A stretch of DNA of 56,756 nt, counting the filler, from Trypethelium eluteriae (lineage: Eukaryota): the NCBI GenBank assembly GCA_051942245.1. It is 2 parts of 2 records of this genome, joined end to end, with 100 filler letters (N's around TTAATTAATTAA, not from the genome) between each part and the next. Parts side by side here need not be neighbours in the genome. Positions count along the whole stretch, not along the records: positions 1 to 28,358 come from JAVECL010000312.1; 1 more part is not named here. One strand, 5' to 3'. Below are positions 1 through 12,188 of this stretch, one piece after another; the first letter of the stretch is position 1, and the number at the start of each line of letters is the position of its first letter. A model generated the notes under the pieces. It made no database searches and was not told where the DNA came from. It worked only from the letters and a program-made list of their open reading frames with translations. A program made the position numbers and the translations under genes.

Positions 1-147
1 TAGATAAAGGGAAGGTTCAGCTTGTACAGGAGCTTATAATATCAAGGGCATTCTCACACTGTATATTAGTCAGCTAGTTCCCCACATGGGCCTGCGCTAG
101 GCCTGACTGGGTGTAGGACATAATCAATCAATCAATCAATCAATCAA
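1..147 (+). mobile_element. Probable 3' end of a non-LTR (Tad1-like LINE) element, cut by the window edge
   Basis: Stem-loop (AGTCAG-CTAG 68-77 / CTAG-GC-CTGACT 97-108) followed closely by a (AATC)6 tail. A short tandem-repeat tail is typical of fungal LINE 3' termini. No RT ORF is visible in the window. Confidence 0.4.
122..147 (+). repeat. (AATC)6 tetranucleotide tract
   Basis: aatcaatcaatcaatcaatcaatcaa read directly. Confidence 0.95.
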
Positions 148-3100
148 CCTAGCTTTACCAGCTCTAAATACTCATTCATATCTACGCTTGATGCTTTCGT
201 CTCATCTAGCTAGGTGCCTGAGTTACTAATATACATTAGAATAGAAGATTACCAGAGCTGAAGTCCAATTAGGTAATTGGGCGAGACCGGCGAGAGGTAG
301 CGACTTTAGCATGAAGCCAAAGTGGTTGCCTTCTACACCACGATGCACACTATCATATCTACTTTCCAAATGCTGGCAAGCCCGCGTAGATAGCTCGCAA
401 TCTATGGCATGGCTGGAACGAGGCTATCTTTGTGACACAATTGTAGTAGAATTCAATAGTGCTTTGACTTACCGCTTTGGGTGACTGTTGGCAAAAGAGC
501 TGCAGTAGGCATGATCTTGAGCAAGTTCCAGTGATGTTTTCTTGAAGCAATCTGAACGCTGCAGTAATATGCCAAGACTATTGGCTCGTTCGAGTGTAGC
601 ATCCACGTAAGTACTCTCTCCTGGGTCATCAAATAGCATAGTAACTTGAGGGACGGCACGACCGCGAGCGTGAGTTGAGCAATAGTGGCGAACCGTGCAG
701 AGTGGGTCTTTGCATAGACTCGTTGAGGACAAGCGAGTGACAACATGAGGATATCGTGGTGGACAGTCTATTCAGAGGAACTTTATCTGAATATTTTGAA
801 TTGTGGGTCGTTACTATCTATGTTACTGATTCACGTAATATGGATAAACTGAGATGCTGATTCGGAAGTGAGATTAGTGAGGCTTATGTACAGTATGCGA
901 AACACCATGATTACGTAACGATCGAGATCGGCCTGGAAATGAAGTGAGTTAAGTAAACCAGGGAACTCCTTGGCATGTGACTGGTAGATACTTTCCCTAA
1001 TACATTCGAGAAAGCCAATAATACAGATGTATACGAATAACAGTAATGAAACAAGTCAGCAAGAAAGCCTGAAGTCACGTGTGAATAAAGTGAGATAGTA
1101 GCCCAGTCCTCCATAACTAATATGAACTCCGAGTAAAAGCAGTGGATGTAGGTTGATTGTGCAACGTACTTCTGCAGCTGGCAGTCTGTACTAACACGAT
1201 ATTGAGCCGCACCGTCTGTTTGAAAGTCCACTGCTAAGGTCATTAATCAGGGTAATAACATATACTGAGGCTGGATGACGACTGTTCAAGATCACAGTCT
1301 CTGCCTATCACTCTTGAAGGGGATCTACGGTAATATTTAGATCTAAAACTTACATTTATCAAGCCTTTGAAGTGGAATTTGCCCCATCTCCTGCATTTAA
1401 TGCTCACCATCACCAGATCCTTCCCCGTCTGGCATAGTGGAACCAGGTTGCTTGGCAAGCTTTCCTCTTATGCCCGGAATCGGGCCAAGAAAGAATAAGC
1501 GTGGATTAAAAGGAGATAGAGCCAATAATAGTGTGGCTCTATTCAGTTCCACTTTGGGATGACACATTTCGATTGTGAGATGGCGAAACGGTGTGCGTGA
1601 AGAATTGTTTCCAAATGCGTATTTTGGGGTAAGACGATAAAGGTGCTATGACTACTTTGATAGTCGAGTGGAGCTTGAGTTGAAAAAGTGAGTTCGAAGA
1701 TGAGAAACAACTAGAGACACCATGCAGCTCAAGAGGACAACGAGATTTAAGAGGAGATTGACCTTCGGGTAGAGGGTGAGATTCAGAACCCGAGAGGACC
1801 GTAACTTTCGAGAGGAAACAGGACCCAAAGTAAGGAGGATCTTGGACAGAAAACTGATTTTTGGAAGAAAGCAGAAGAACAGAAAGAGATCAACGCTCGA
1901 GAAACTGGGACTTAAGAGGACGACGGCACCCAAGGAGGTCGGGGGAAGGTGATCAGGAATGGCGGGATGGATAGCGCTAAGGAGAGAGAGGACGAGGAGG
2001 TAAAAGCTCGAATATTATTGCTTGGCCAGCTGCACATTGTGTGCTGTCGTCGGCTCGTAAGGGAGAATCGTTCTCAAAAAAGTAGTGATTCACAGAAGAA
2101 GAGTGTTCGTGCTACATCAAAACTCCACAGCTGGGTACCCTCACCATCGCCTCTCCTGTAAGGATCATTAAGTCCAGGGTCAGTCACTATGTGGGGTACC
2201 CTAAGATTTCTAGCCCCAAAATACAATGCTCAACCATTACCAACTTGAAGCCGTGAGTTGGATTGGCGGTCGACTCGGCATGCTCTCCCTCCTAGTGAAA
2301 TCTCTTGACTGCAGCATGTCTGCACTCTTCATTGATCTCGGCTAATCAAGCTCATCTGTTTAGCTCTAGACAAATCAGCGCCTCTGATGGTTGGAATGAG
2401 ACCCTCGACAGTATGTTGCTGAATTGTTGCAATGTAGCTGAAACTCTTCTTAGCCAGCGTGCCGGAAGGTCGGCGAGATTGCGCTCGGGCGGTCATGACG
2501 TGAATCCGCTAGGTAAAGAACGGGCGGATGATGCTGCACGACCCGGCGCGCTTGCCCTAGCTGCTGCGGGGCAATTCCGGATGCATGTGCAGCAACCAAT
2601 GAAGTCAAAGAGTGTCTTTTGGCCAAAACACAATCTCCGGATTCATTGGTGCACATTTGGGCTCGTGTTGTGATGGACATGGCCCGCAGAGAAGCTGATC
2701 CGAAGTAGCGCAGCCGGCAAAAAGGCATGTCACACGTTTGCCGACTTAAGGAAAGCATCACTGTATTGATCTATTCGGAAGCGCACGTTCTTGGGCCGTG
2801 GATCCTGTATATCTGCGATTAATGTGTAGAGAAAGTTCCAGCCGATGCTGAATAAGAGCAGCCGACGTTGCCTAAGGTAGATACCTAGTTAAGTATCCTA
2901 ATATATCCTAGCGGATCGAGGATGGACATCAGGAAGCCAAGCGGGACTATTATATGTGAATCAACGTTGCCAGATACTTATTGACTGTAGCTCTGCTGTC
3001 TATTACTTTGTTTATTAGTTACTGTACCGTGAATCTGGGATGGAGCTTGAATCCCACATTGTGACCGGCGCACTTCAGAGGTTGCTAATTTGGTGGCGGT

Positions 3101-3258
3101 CGCCCATTTGTCAATTTCGGGCACTTCTTATCTCGTCGCATGACTGAAATTGTCTTACCTAAGTAAGGTATCTAGCCTGCCAATCACGTGCATTGCAGCC
3201 TCAATTGCTGTCAACATCATGTTTCAGTCGTTACTCCACGACGAGTATGTAATGAGAG

Positions 3259-5131
3259 ATGAGTGCATTGAGGCTTGCATCAGCAGTAATTATCCTACTA
3301 GCCGCAATGCTTCGTGCTCTTGAATTTTTTGGAGTCTACTCCCCGAATACGACGACGTCATCCACCTCCCATACTACGGTCGTTCCTGCTCACCCAGTTG
3401 TCACGGATCTGACCGTATGCTTCTTCTCTCCGATAGTTTCTTCTTCCACCTCCGTGCTGGACCCGCAAAAATGGTACCGCATAGAGAAGGAACTCTACCT
3501 ACATACATCTCGGCAGAATGCATGGCTATATGTCGCGTTAGCGAAGGAGGAAGAGCTTACAACCGAGGACCTGCTGGTCATGGATATCAGAATTGGCGAG
3601 AGACCTCCCACATCCAGCTCAGGTCACTCATGGGAGAGTCGACCTGGCGGAATCTGGATTCTGAGAAGCAAGTTCTCTGGCAAGGTTGACCACGCTGTGA
3701 CAGAGGTGGATGTTCTTTTTGGTACAGACGCCATTGACCCACGACCACAATGGGCTCTTATGCAACCATCGCTGCAACTTCACGGTCAGCCGAAGGCACC
3801 GGTTGCAAGGCTAAGCGTGCTCTACGGTAGGGCCAAACCGAGACCCGATGTTCGGGCGGCTTTAAGAATTAGGGATGATGGCAAATTTAAGATTGTCCAG
3901 ATCTCTGATACGCACATGGTCACTGGTGTTGGGGTATGCAAAGATGCTATTGATGCGAATGGGAAGTATCTGCCCAAGAGCGAGGCTGACCCGCGCACGG
4001 TAGACTTCATTAGAAAGATCTTAGATATCGAGAAACCAGACCTTGTGATTCTCACTGGAGATCAGTTGCACCACGACATCCCCGATAGCCAATCCGCCCT
4101 TTTCAAGGTGGTTGCTCCTATCATCGAGCGTTCAATCCCATTCGCAGCCGTCTTTGGCAACCATGATAGTGAGGGCACCCACGCATTGTCACGTGAGTAA
4201 CTCCTATCTTAAGGTACCCGATTCACAGAGCCAGCGATACGACACCACGCTTGGAGTTGTTACACACTCGTAATCGGTGCAGACTGCTTTGCTCCGCAAT
4301 ATTTTTCTACAGTCCTAATAAGCTGCGTTTTGAGAATCAGCGCTGTCCATCCTTGCTGATTAGATTACAGGCACAGCACAGATGTCAATACTTCAGACTC
4401 TCCCTTTTAGCCTCTGCAAATCAGGGCCAGAGGAGGTCGACGGCATAGGTAACTTCTACCTCCAGATCCTGGCTCCGGCTCCGTCACAGCTCCCGTTATC
4501 GACTTTATATTTCCTGGACTCTCACGGTCAAATACCGAGCAAGATATTGAATCCCGATTATGAACCTATCAAGCAAAGCCAAATTGATTGGTTCACGAAC
4601 ATTTCCCAAGCGCAACGACACGCACGTGAGAAAGACAATAACGACAACCGCATTCACCTGTCTCTAGTTTTCCAGCACATCCCTCTTCCCGAATTCGGTG
4701 ACCGCCGTCTTTGTATACGCAATGGCCACCAGAGGGAACCGTATGAGGGTCCCAGCGTCAATTCTCATTTTTATGACGCTTTGGTCAAAGGAGGCATATC
4801 AGCATTAGGCTGCGGGCACGATCATGTGAATGACTTTTGCGCTCTGCTGCCACAACGAGTGCAACAGGATGGGGACAAAACCCCTCAGCCAGGCCCTTGG
4901 CTTTGCTATGGAGGTGGCAGTGGGTTCGGGGGATATTGTTCGTACGGCAGAAAGCGATTTCATCGACGAACGCGGGTTTGGCAACTCGATACAAGTACCG
5001 GGAGCTTGGAGACTTGGAAGCGTGTGGAATATGCCGTGGACAGAGTTGATGAGCTAGTGCTCGTGGAAAGTGGAGCGGTGGTCGATCCCCCTGGAGGAGA
5101 AGATGAAGACGGAAGCTGTGTAGTGAGTTGA
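3259..5131 (+). CDS. DCR2: Calcineurin-like metallophosphoesterase, DCR2-like; exons 3259-4192, 4371-5131
   Basis: Motifs DTH (QISDTHM), GD (LTGDQL), GNHD, HIPLPE and GHDH; N-terminal hydrophobic anchor. Intron GTGAGT(4193)..CTGAT..TTACAG(4370) joins the two ORFs in frame (LSR-TAQM). Confidence 0.88.
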
Positions 5132-5531
5132 ACCTGATGTCGCTACACGATGCAGCAAAAGATAGGGTGACTGCTAGGCAGCCACAGGACTCTTCAAAAT
5201 ACTCAGGCAGTTCAGGAGTTTCATATTTGAGAGTCGTTGACTTGAGCGATTATACTTGCTTGATCCCAGTGACGGGGATTGGCAGCCTTTCGTTTTAATT
5301 TCCGAGAAAGCGGAGGAATGAAAGTGTTTGTTAGGGAAACATTTTCTCGGGCACCCTCTGCCTTTGGCACGACTCTCTCAGTTACTTCAAGAAAACGACA
5401 GGAAGTAAATACAAATATGCAACCACCAATGAAGATCAGTCATTGCTGAATCGATTTCTTCCGGCAGGACATATATTTTTCAAGCTTCTTTCGATGTCGT
5501 CTCAACAAAGCAAGCCTTGTACCCCATCCAG

Positions 5532-7669
5532 CTACTCGTCAATTTCATCCCTGCCCATCAAATTTTCTATCTCCCCCTGTAGTGTATTGGCGTCCTCCTG
5601 ACGGCCCCAACCTCGAAGCCAGCCCTCCAGAACATTCATGAATTCAGGGACCCAAGGATGTTGTATTCCCCATTGGTCCACAATCACTCGTATCGCCTCC
5701 CGCATATTCTGCTCTGCTGCCAGAGTCTGCCCTTGGATAAATTGACTGCGAGAAACGATTTTCAAGCATTCTATCCTCTCAACAATTCTCCTACAGTATA
5801 TCTCATTGTTCTGAAGCAACGAAAGGACTTCTAGCGCCATTCCCTCCGCTTCGTTATAACGTCCCTGTCTGTTCAAATTATGTGCCAGGTTGAGCATCAC
5901 CCGTGGGGTCGGGAGTCTAGGAATGTCTCCCAATTGAGCAAAGACTTCTCGAAGAAGCCGTTCTTCATCAAGATAATTTGTGACCACGCGCTTTATGTAA
6001 TCGAGACGAACAGACACGGCAAATCTACTGAATGCTCCGAGTTCGCTATCAAAAATATCAGTGATGGATTTCCAAATTTGTGCCATGGCCTGGTCATGAG
6101 ATCCCGGGTCAAGTTCACCGAGAAGCCGAAATATTTGACCCCAAGGATGCCCCTCTCTTATGACTGTCGCGGACATGTTTCTTATGTAGTCAAGGAGAAC
6201 GGAAGTTACGTCAGGGAGCCCGGTTTGTAGAAGGTGGATGAAGACCTCGAGAAAGCAGGATAGGGTCCGAGGATGCTCAGCTCGAAGGATTTGGTCGACA
6301 AGAGCAGAGGCTTTGGAAAGTGCGCGGCGAAACTCGACATGTAAGCCCTTCTCCGTAAACATAGTAGCAGTAAAGCAGTACGAGTCGAAATCGTTACATA
6401 GGTCATTACGTAACTCGGTGCCATTTTGAGTAATGAGGGTCCCGTGGTCGTCGAAAATCATATTTCGACAGGAGTTTTCGAAATATACCTTGATATTATG
6501 GAACAAATTCTCAGAAATCAACAGAATCCGAGGTGGAAGCGGTGAGTGCGGCACTCTGGAACGGTCGAGGAAGAATCCTTGGAGGTCGTTACTATTGAAC
6601 TGAAAAGCAAGTTCGTCATCGGCGAAAGGGCCTGCCCCAGCGCATCGTGGGCGTGCTGGGGAAGTACATGTGCTCGGTCCAATGTCAACTTGGCTTATGC
6701 TGGAGCTCATGGTGGCTATTGAGCGCTGAGAACTCGGAATTCTAGAGTATTGTATTGAGGAAGCAAGCATACTGCTGCGCGCCTCTTCTCCATCGCCGAT
6801 GCGCTGCAACTGAGCTTGGCTCTCGTTCAAATTTGTCGCACTGATACCTGAATTATAGTCACCAACTAATGGTGATCTTGCAGTAGTTGTAAACGTTCTG
6901 TTGAAAGCTGTATTGTGCTGTAGATGCTGGCGTCGTTGTTCTACAAGGTGTGAGCAGCTACCATGCATGCCGCCTTAGAAACAACCTTACCCTCATAACA
7001 GTCTCGACATCCTTGAAGCCACGGCGAGCTACGTTGTGCTAGGTCAATGAGTGGACTTTCTTGGAGGAGTTCGACCAATTCAGAAATATCGCCTTTCATC
7101 TTACGGAAAGATTCTCGTACGAAAGCGAGGAGCACTGATATTCCCTCAGCTCCGAATTTTCTCTCAGCCTCTAGAAGTTTAAGCCCATGGTAAATGCCTC
7201 TCTTTGCTTTTTCCTTATCAACAAACTTTTTCTCAGCCTGCACAAACTGTGCCACGCGACCAGAACGTTGTGAGGCACTGCTTCTAGGATTCATTTGAAG
7301 GCTGAGCCATGAGCTATATTCTGTTGCTAATGACCGCTGTGACAATAATGTTCGAATTTTTTGTTGATGCGATTCCATTCTGGAGTCATTTGGGAGATCC
7401 GTTATGCGGAGATCGTCATACATGAATTGAGGCTTACCAACGGCATCATTGGCCTCCTCCTCCAAAACCTGTTGGATAGTCGCATACTTTTCCTGTAGCT
7501 TTTCCCGTACTTCTAGGAGCCCTTTCAAATTGAAATCAGCATCGCGGTCCGTGATGACCGAGTGGAGCCTATTAATGGTCTGCCGCACGAGATCTGCGTG
7601 GCGTCGAATCTCATCAGATGGAGCTGTGTAAAGAGTCTCTAAGGCCACAGTAACAGTCGTCATCGTCAT
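5532..7669 (-). CDS. Uncharacterised ~695-aa protein with C-terminal TPR-like helical repeats; exons 7669-6991, 6940-5532 (start uncertain)
   Basis: A 50-nt intron GTAAGG(6990)..CTCAC..TTGTAG(6941) fuses the 249-aa and 478-aa ORFs in frame (CYE-EQRRQ). C-terminus has kinesin-light-chain-like TPR segments (LNLAHNLNRQGRYNEAE; WGIQHPW). Confidence 0.65.
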
Positions 7670-8010
7670 ACTGGTGAGTCCAACGCCCAATATATCCCAG
7701 GTAATAAAGCTTCCCTTCTCCAGTCGTCCTTGTAGAAGGAGCCGATCTGAATCAGATGAATTGGTGTAGAGTCTAGGTTGCGGAGAAACCGCAGACGAAA
7801 CTGAATAGCGGATACGGCGCTAATACAAACAAGGAAGTATTGTCAGGGACCTAGCCAGATGAGACGAAAGCTCTAGGAGCGTGCCTAGATATGAACGAGC
7901 ATCTACTCTAGAGCTAGTGAAGCTAGGTGCGGACATGCGGGCAGCGCCGCCTATATACAGCTGCGCATGGGGTTATGCACAGAGCCACGTGACACATCAT
8001 GTGATCCTTC

Positions 8011-8038
8011 ATCTCATCTCATCTCATCTCATCTCATC
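8011..8038 (+). repeat. (ATCTC)5 pentanucleotide tract
   Basis: Read directly; flanked by CACGTGAC motifs at 7986 and 8046. Confidence 0.9.
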
Positions 8039-8065
8039 CTCAATGCACGTGACCCTCAGTCCATG

Positions 8066-8310
8066 ACATTAATACATAAATACTTTTTAAGCGTAAATTC
8101 TTTTAGACTTATTATATTCCAAATGATAACTTAAATAAAAACATCTTAAAATAAATATATTTCCTATATATATTTTAGCCTAAACCCCAAAAAATTGAGG
8201 CTAAAATTAAAAATCAGCTTAAACCGTTAAGTATTAAGGCTTAACAGCAAAGAAGCAAAAGTGTTCATATAACGGTGTTTATTATTATATCTCGAAGATT
8301 TATCTAGCTA
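8066..8310. other. AT-rich, TpA-rich patch (possible RIP-mutated repeat relic) with a 10-bp inverted repeat
   Basis: Abrupt AT enrichment relative to the flanks; ATTTTAGCCT (8172-8181) / AGGCTAAAAT (8198-8207). Confidence 0.5.
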
Positions 8311-8972
8311 GAATGGAAGTGAAGGTCTATCTATGGTCACGTGATCTGTGCATCACCCTCATATTTACCCTCAATAGCCATTGTGCAACGCAGAATTGCG
8401 TCGGCTTTGAATCCCTGATGTGCACCAAAGTCATATAAAGCCAGGACCTGATAATGAACGTTCCAAGCATGCATATATGGATCGAATCGGTTAAGTCTCG
8501 GTTCCACACTGTAGCTTAGCCCTGATAGATGGATTAACACAACATCGCCAATGTGACGGAAACCCTCGCAGGTAGGATAGTACTGGGAAAGGAATGTATG
8601 GTCCGTTACGAAGACAGCTTCCATCGAGCAGGCTTTAAAGCTATCCCATGAGAAACCACTTACTCTTGGAACTGACCGAAGAGTAGACGTATAGATAAAG
8701 TGTGTTTATGTCACATGCCTGGCCTTCTTCAGGGCGGCAGCTCGAAAATAAACACACAAGGCATACTTGACCTTATACAGGGCAGCAGCAATGAGAAAGA
8801 CGCCACTCTTACGTGCTCGCTTGACTCATCCGAGTCTGAACACGGGACAAATTCCGATCCGAGATTAATTAAACCGCAATATGGCAAGCGAACAAGGAGG
8901 ACACCGGAACTGCTTCCTGAGCCTGTACAACATGATGTTTTTTCTCATTGTAGCTGTAAGACATACAAAACA

Positions 8973-10787
8973 TCACACGTCGGATGCATTTAGCCGAGCA
9001 GCTCGAAACCGACTAACTTTTCTGATCTTTCCATCTTTCTCCTCCATCAAAGGGTTGTCGATATCATCAGGCGAAGGTGCAAAGCCGCCTTGCTGCTGAA
9101 TTAGTCTATTGCGGGTGTCGTAATACTGTCTTGCAATCTCTCTTTCATGCAAGGCCGGATCGAATCCATCCAGGTCTGGAGCCACTGTAGCACGCTTCGT
9201 AGGCGGACGTTCCACTAGGTTGCCTGCGAGAATTTCGCCTACCGGACCCGTCGGACTAGTTCGAGGGGCTGAGTGCTGCCTTTCACCTTTGAAGCGGGAG
9301 GCTTTTGCGGGCTGAGAGCCCCCAGAAGAAGAGTGAGCTGGCGATCCTCTTTCTACAATAGTACTCAAAAGCGGACGCAGTTTGGATTGTGAGCTCCCAT
9401 TGGCTTGCTGTGTAGGATGGGCCTTTGGGGGCGGAACAACTCGAATCTCCTCTGCAAATTTGACGCCTGTTTTATGTCGTCCTACTTGACTTGGATCGTT
9501 TGTCGCGTCCTGCGTTAAGGCATGATTGGAAGAGGCTGGCTTGGCAAGGCCGGCACTGGGGTGCTCGGACTCAGTATGAACTGGATCCGGACTCGGACCG
9601 ATGACTTCAATCATGCGCGCGTTTAATTTTTTCTCCAGCTCAAGCATCTCTTTACGATAATCTTCTGTTATCACTTGGTTGGTAGCTCTGCCGTGCGAAT
9701 CTTCGTCTTCGGGCTCGCTCGTAAGGTCTTCGTCTTCGAAATTATCGAGATCGTCGTCGCAGTCTTCGTAACTATCATCTGACATTTCATCCTCCAGGTC
9801 AAGTTCAGCTACAACAGCCCCGACTTGCTCCATATTGTACTGTAGCATCTCACGTCTTAGTACAGCGTCCTCATAGGATTCATCTTTCGGCATTACTGTT
9901 GTCGTTCCAAGAGGATTGTCGTCATCATCGAGCTCCACCAACCGCTCCCCAACCTGCAAATTTTTTGCCATTTCAAGAACCGAGATTTTGTCGTCTGCAG
10001 AGCTCGGTGCAATCTCCTCTCTATAGTCAGGAGCTGCCGGCTTGGTATCGTCCGCGAAAGACACTGATTTACGCTGGTGTTTCGAAGCCGAGTCCTGCGG
10101 ATGATTGTCTACCGAATTGGAGATTTGCGCCTCGCTTCTAGCTTCACCAATTTTGTTTGCTACCTTACTTTCCTTAGGATGGCTGGTATTGCTGTCTTGC
10201 TTGAGCTCTTGGGATGGTTCTCCTTCCTTAATGTCCTGCTCTTTCAGGCCAACTCGTTGTAAAACTTCGAGAATCTTAGGCTCAACATCACCAGGCTTGG
10301 ATGTCGTTGCAGAAATGATATTCCCATCGTCGTCTAGCTGTTCCGTGATTTCTGTCAACGGCAGACCGTCATCATCCGTAGCCTCTGTGACGTCTGCTCC
10401 ATCGGCCATTTGCACTGTATCTGCCTGGCTCTTTAAAGTTTCCATGCGCTTTTGCAGTGTTTGAATATTGTGTTGAACATAGTCTTGTCGTCGAGAAATT
10501 AGATTCAAAACCTGTCTGCTATCCCGTCTCAATCCATTCTGAAGGCCAAGTAGCTCTCTGACTTCTTTCTCGTTCACCACATTACCGCCAAAATCCTGAC
10601 CAATACGTAAGAGGGCCTCTGAGTCCGGGGTGCTACCAAGTCCTTGGATTTCTTCTTTCAGACCTTCATACTCAGCCTCCCAAGTCTGCCAATGTCTCAA
10701 GGACTTTCCCAGTTTATCAATATTTTCTTCGAGGAGAGCGCGTTTACTCTCGACGCCTTCGATAGTGTCTATGAGTGGCGAGACCAT
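8973..10787 (-). CDS. BUD27: Unconventional prefoldin RPB5 interactor (Bud27/URI-like)
   Basis: N-terminal prefoldin alpha-type region (LRHWQTWEAEYEGLKEE; LISRRQDYVQHNI), LPLTEITEQLDDDGNII motif, acidic tract, C-terminal KVSRFRAARL; intronless, 604 aa. Confidence 0.88.
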   Translation of the reverse strand: MVSPLIDTIEGVESKRALLEENIDKLGKSLRHWQTWEAEYEGLKEEIQGLGSTPDSEALLRIGQDFGGNVVNEKEVRELLGLQNGLRRDSRQVLNLISRRQDYVQHNIQTLQKRMETLKSQADTVQMADGADVTEATDDDGLPLTEITEQLDDDGNIISATTSKPGDVEPKILEVLQRVGLKEQDIKEGEPSQELKQDSNTSHPKESKVANKIGEARSEAQISNSVDNHPQDSASKHQRKSVSFADDTKPAAPDYREEIAPSSADDKISVLEMAKNLQVGERLVELDDDDNPLGTTTVMPKDESYEDAVLRREMLQYNMEQVGAVVAELDLEDEMSDDSYEDCDDDLDNFEDEDLTSEPEDEDSHGRATNQVITEDYRKEMLELEKKLNARMIEVIGPSPDPVHTESEHPSAGLAKPASSNHALTQDATNDPSQVGRHKTGVKFAEEIRVVPPPKAHPTQQANGSSQSKLRPLLSTIVERGSPAHSSSGGSQPAKASRFKGERQHSAPRTSPTGPVGEILAGNLVERPPTKRATVAPDLDGFDPALHEREIARQYYDTRNRLIQQQGGFAPSPDDIDNPLMEEKDGKIRKVSRFRAARLNASDV

Positions 10788-10861
10788 TATAGCGACGGAT
10801 CTGACGTTAGCAATCTGTGGCGCGAGGTGGACGTCGTTGGTTGGTGCTAATTAGGAACGCA

Positions 10862-10896
10862 GGCAGGAAAAGTTCCGGCAGGAAAAGTTCCGGCAG
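10862..10896. repeat. 15-bp tandem duplication GGCAGGAAAAGTTCC x2.3 in the BUD27/TFB3 divergent promoter
   Basis: ggcaggaaaagttcc-ggcaggaaaagttcc-ggcag read directly. Confidence 0.9.
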
Positions 10897-11018
10897 AATA
10901 CTGCAGCCCCTCACCGCCCAAGACCTGTGGTGCAGCGCTTGATCCACCTTCATGGAACTGCCCTGCCAGTAAGCCTTAGAATATACACCAGGGCCACCTC
11001 TCGAAAAGCTGCGGGGCG

Positions 11019-12188
11019 ATGTCTCGAGTCGCTCAGCGCGGTGGCGCTAGCTCGGCGAATCGCGCAGGAGATGGAGAAGGTATCTTAGTCTCCAAAGTCA
11101 GGTATTCATAGTAGTGATACTAATGAGTCTTTCTAGATATCTGCCCCGTATGCAAAACATCTCGCTATCTCAACCCAAATATGCGGTTTCTCGTCAACCC
11201 GGAGTGCTATCACAAGATGTGTGAGTCGTGCGTCGATCGCATCTTCTCTCAGGGTCCCGCTCAGTGTCCGGTGGCTGGTTGTAGAAGGACACTTCGAAAG
11301 AACAAGTTTCGAAAGCAGACTTTTGAGGATATCCAAGTCGAGCGTGAAGTAGATATTCGACGCAGGGTGGCGGATGTATTTAACAGACGAGAGGAAGACT
11401 TTGATACGCTTTTGGATTACAATAACTACCTGAACGACGTGGAAGATCTTACATTCAATTTAATATACAAGATCGACCTGGAAGAGTCTGAGAAAAAAGT
11501 CGAATCGTACAGGCTGGACAATGAGCAAAGCATATCACAAAATAAGGCACTTGCCAGCCAAGAGTCGCAGTCAGCTGAAATGCGAAAGATGATGGAGCAA
11601 GAGCAAGCAAAACTGAGGCGCGAAGCTGCGCGTCGAGAGGAGGAAGAACTCCGACGGGAGCGCGAAGAAGGCCGGCAAGAAGTCATCAATAAACTTGCTG
11701 CCGGAGACGGTGACGCAAGTAAGATCGCTAGAGAGAGTCATAGTATCGTGTTAAAGAAGAGCTCTGCGCGAAGGGCTGCCCTGGAACGACAACAACAACT
11801 GACGAACGAATCGAATGGCGCTACTAAAACAAATTTTTCGATCAAGGGTCTAAAGCAGAAAGTGGAGCCCGAACCAGAAAAGCCATACGATCCTTTTGGC
11901 GGTCTTTCCGACGCCAGGGATTCCTATGTCCTGCAGGATGACTATGATGTGGACTGGCTGAGGTCTTTCAAGCAAGATCCACGGCACAATGTTGGTGGCT
12001 ATGACTTCAAGGAGTTTTACGATCGCGCGCTTTGTGATGCATTCTCTGGTCTTGGTGTATTTATCGAAGATGAGATGGCTGGCAAGGAGCTCTCTTCAAT
12101 AGCGCCTGGTTCAGTGACCGCGGCAGCTCAGGCCGTCACTGAGGGTAACACTAATGAAGTAAAGATTATTGCAGAAGATGTATTCTAG
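11019..12188 (+). CDS. TFB3: TFIIH/CAK assembly factor MAT1; exons 11019-11079, 11137-12188
   Basis: RING finger CPVCKTSRYLNPNMRFLVNPECYHKMCESCVDRIF..CPVAGC and MAT1 domain (VEREVDIRRRV..FN; YNNYL). Intron GTATCT..CTAAT..CTAG restores the first Cys pair. Confidence 0.95.

Noticed and set aside
359..2761. Short ORFs in the first 3 kb
   Set aside because: No motifs, codon bias or consistent splice structure; no RT or transposase residues recognised.
8337..8624. 95-aa minus-strand ORF (MEAVFVTDH..)
   Set aside because: Protein-like but no recognisable motif or clear gene structure; could be a relic.
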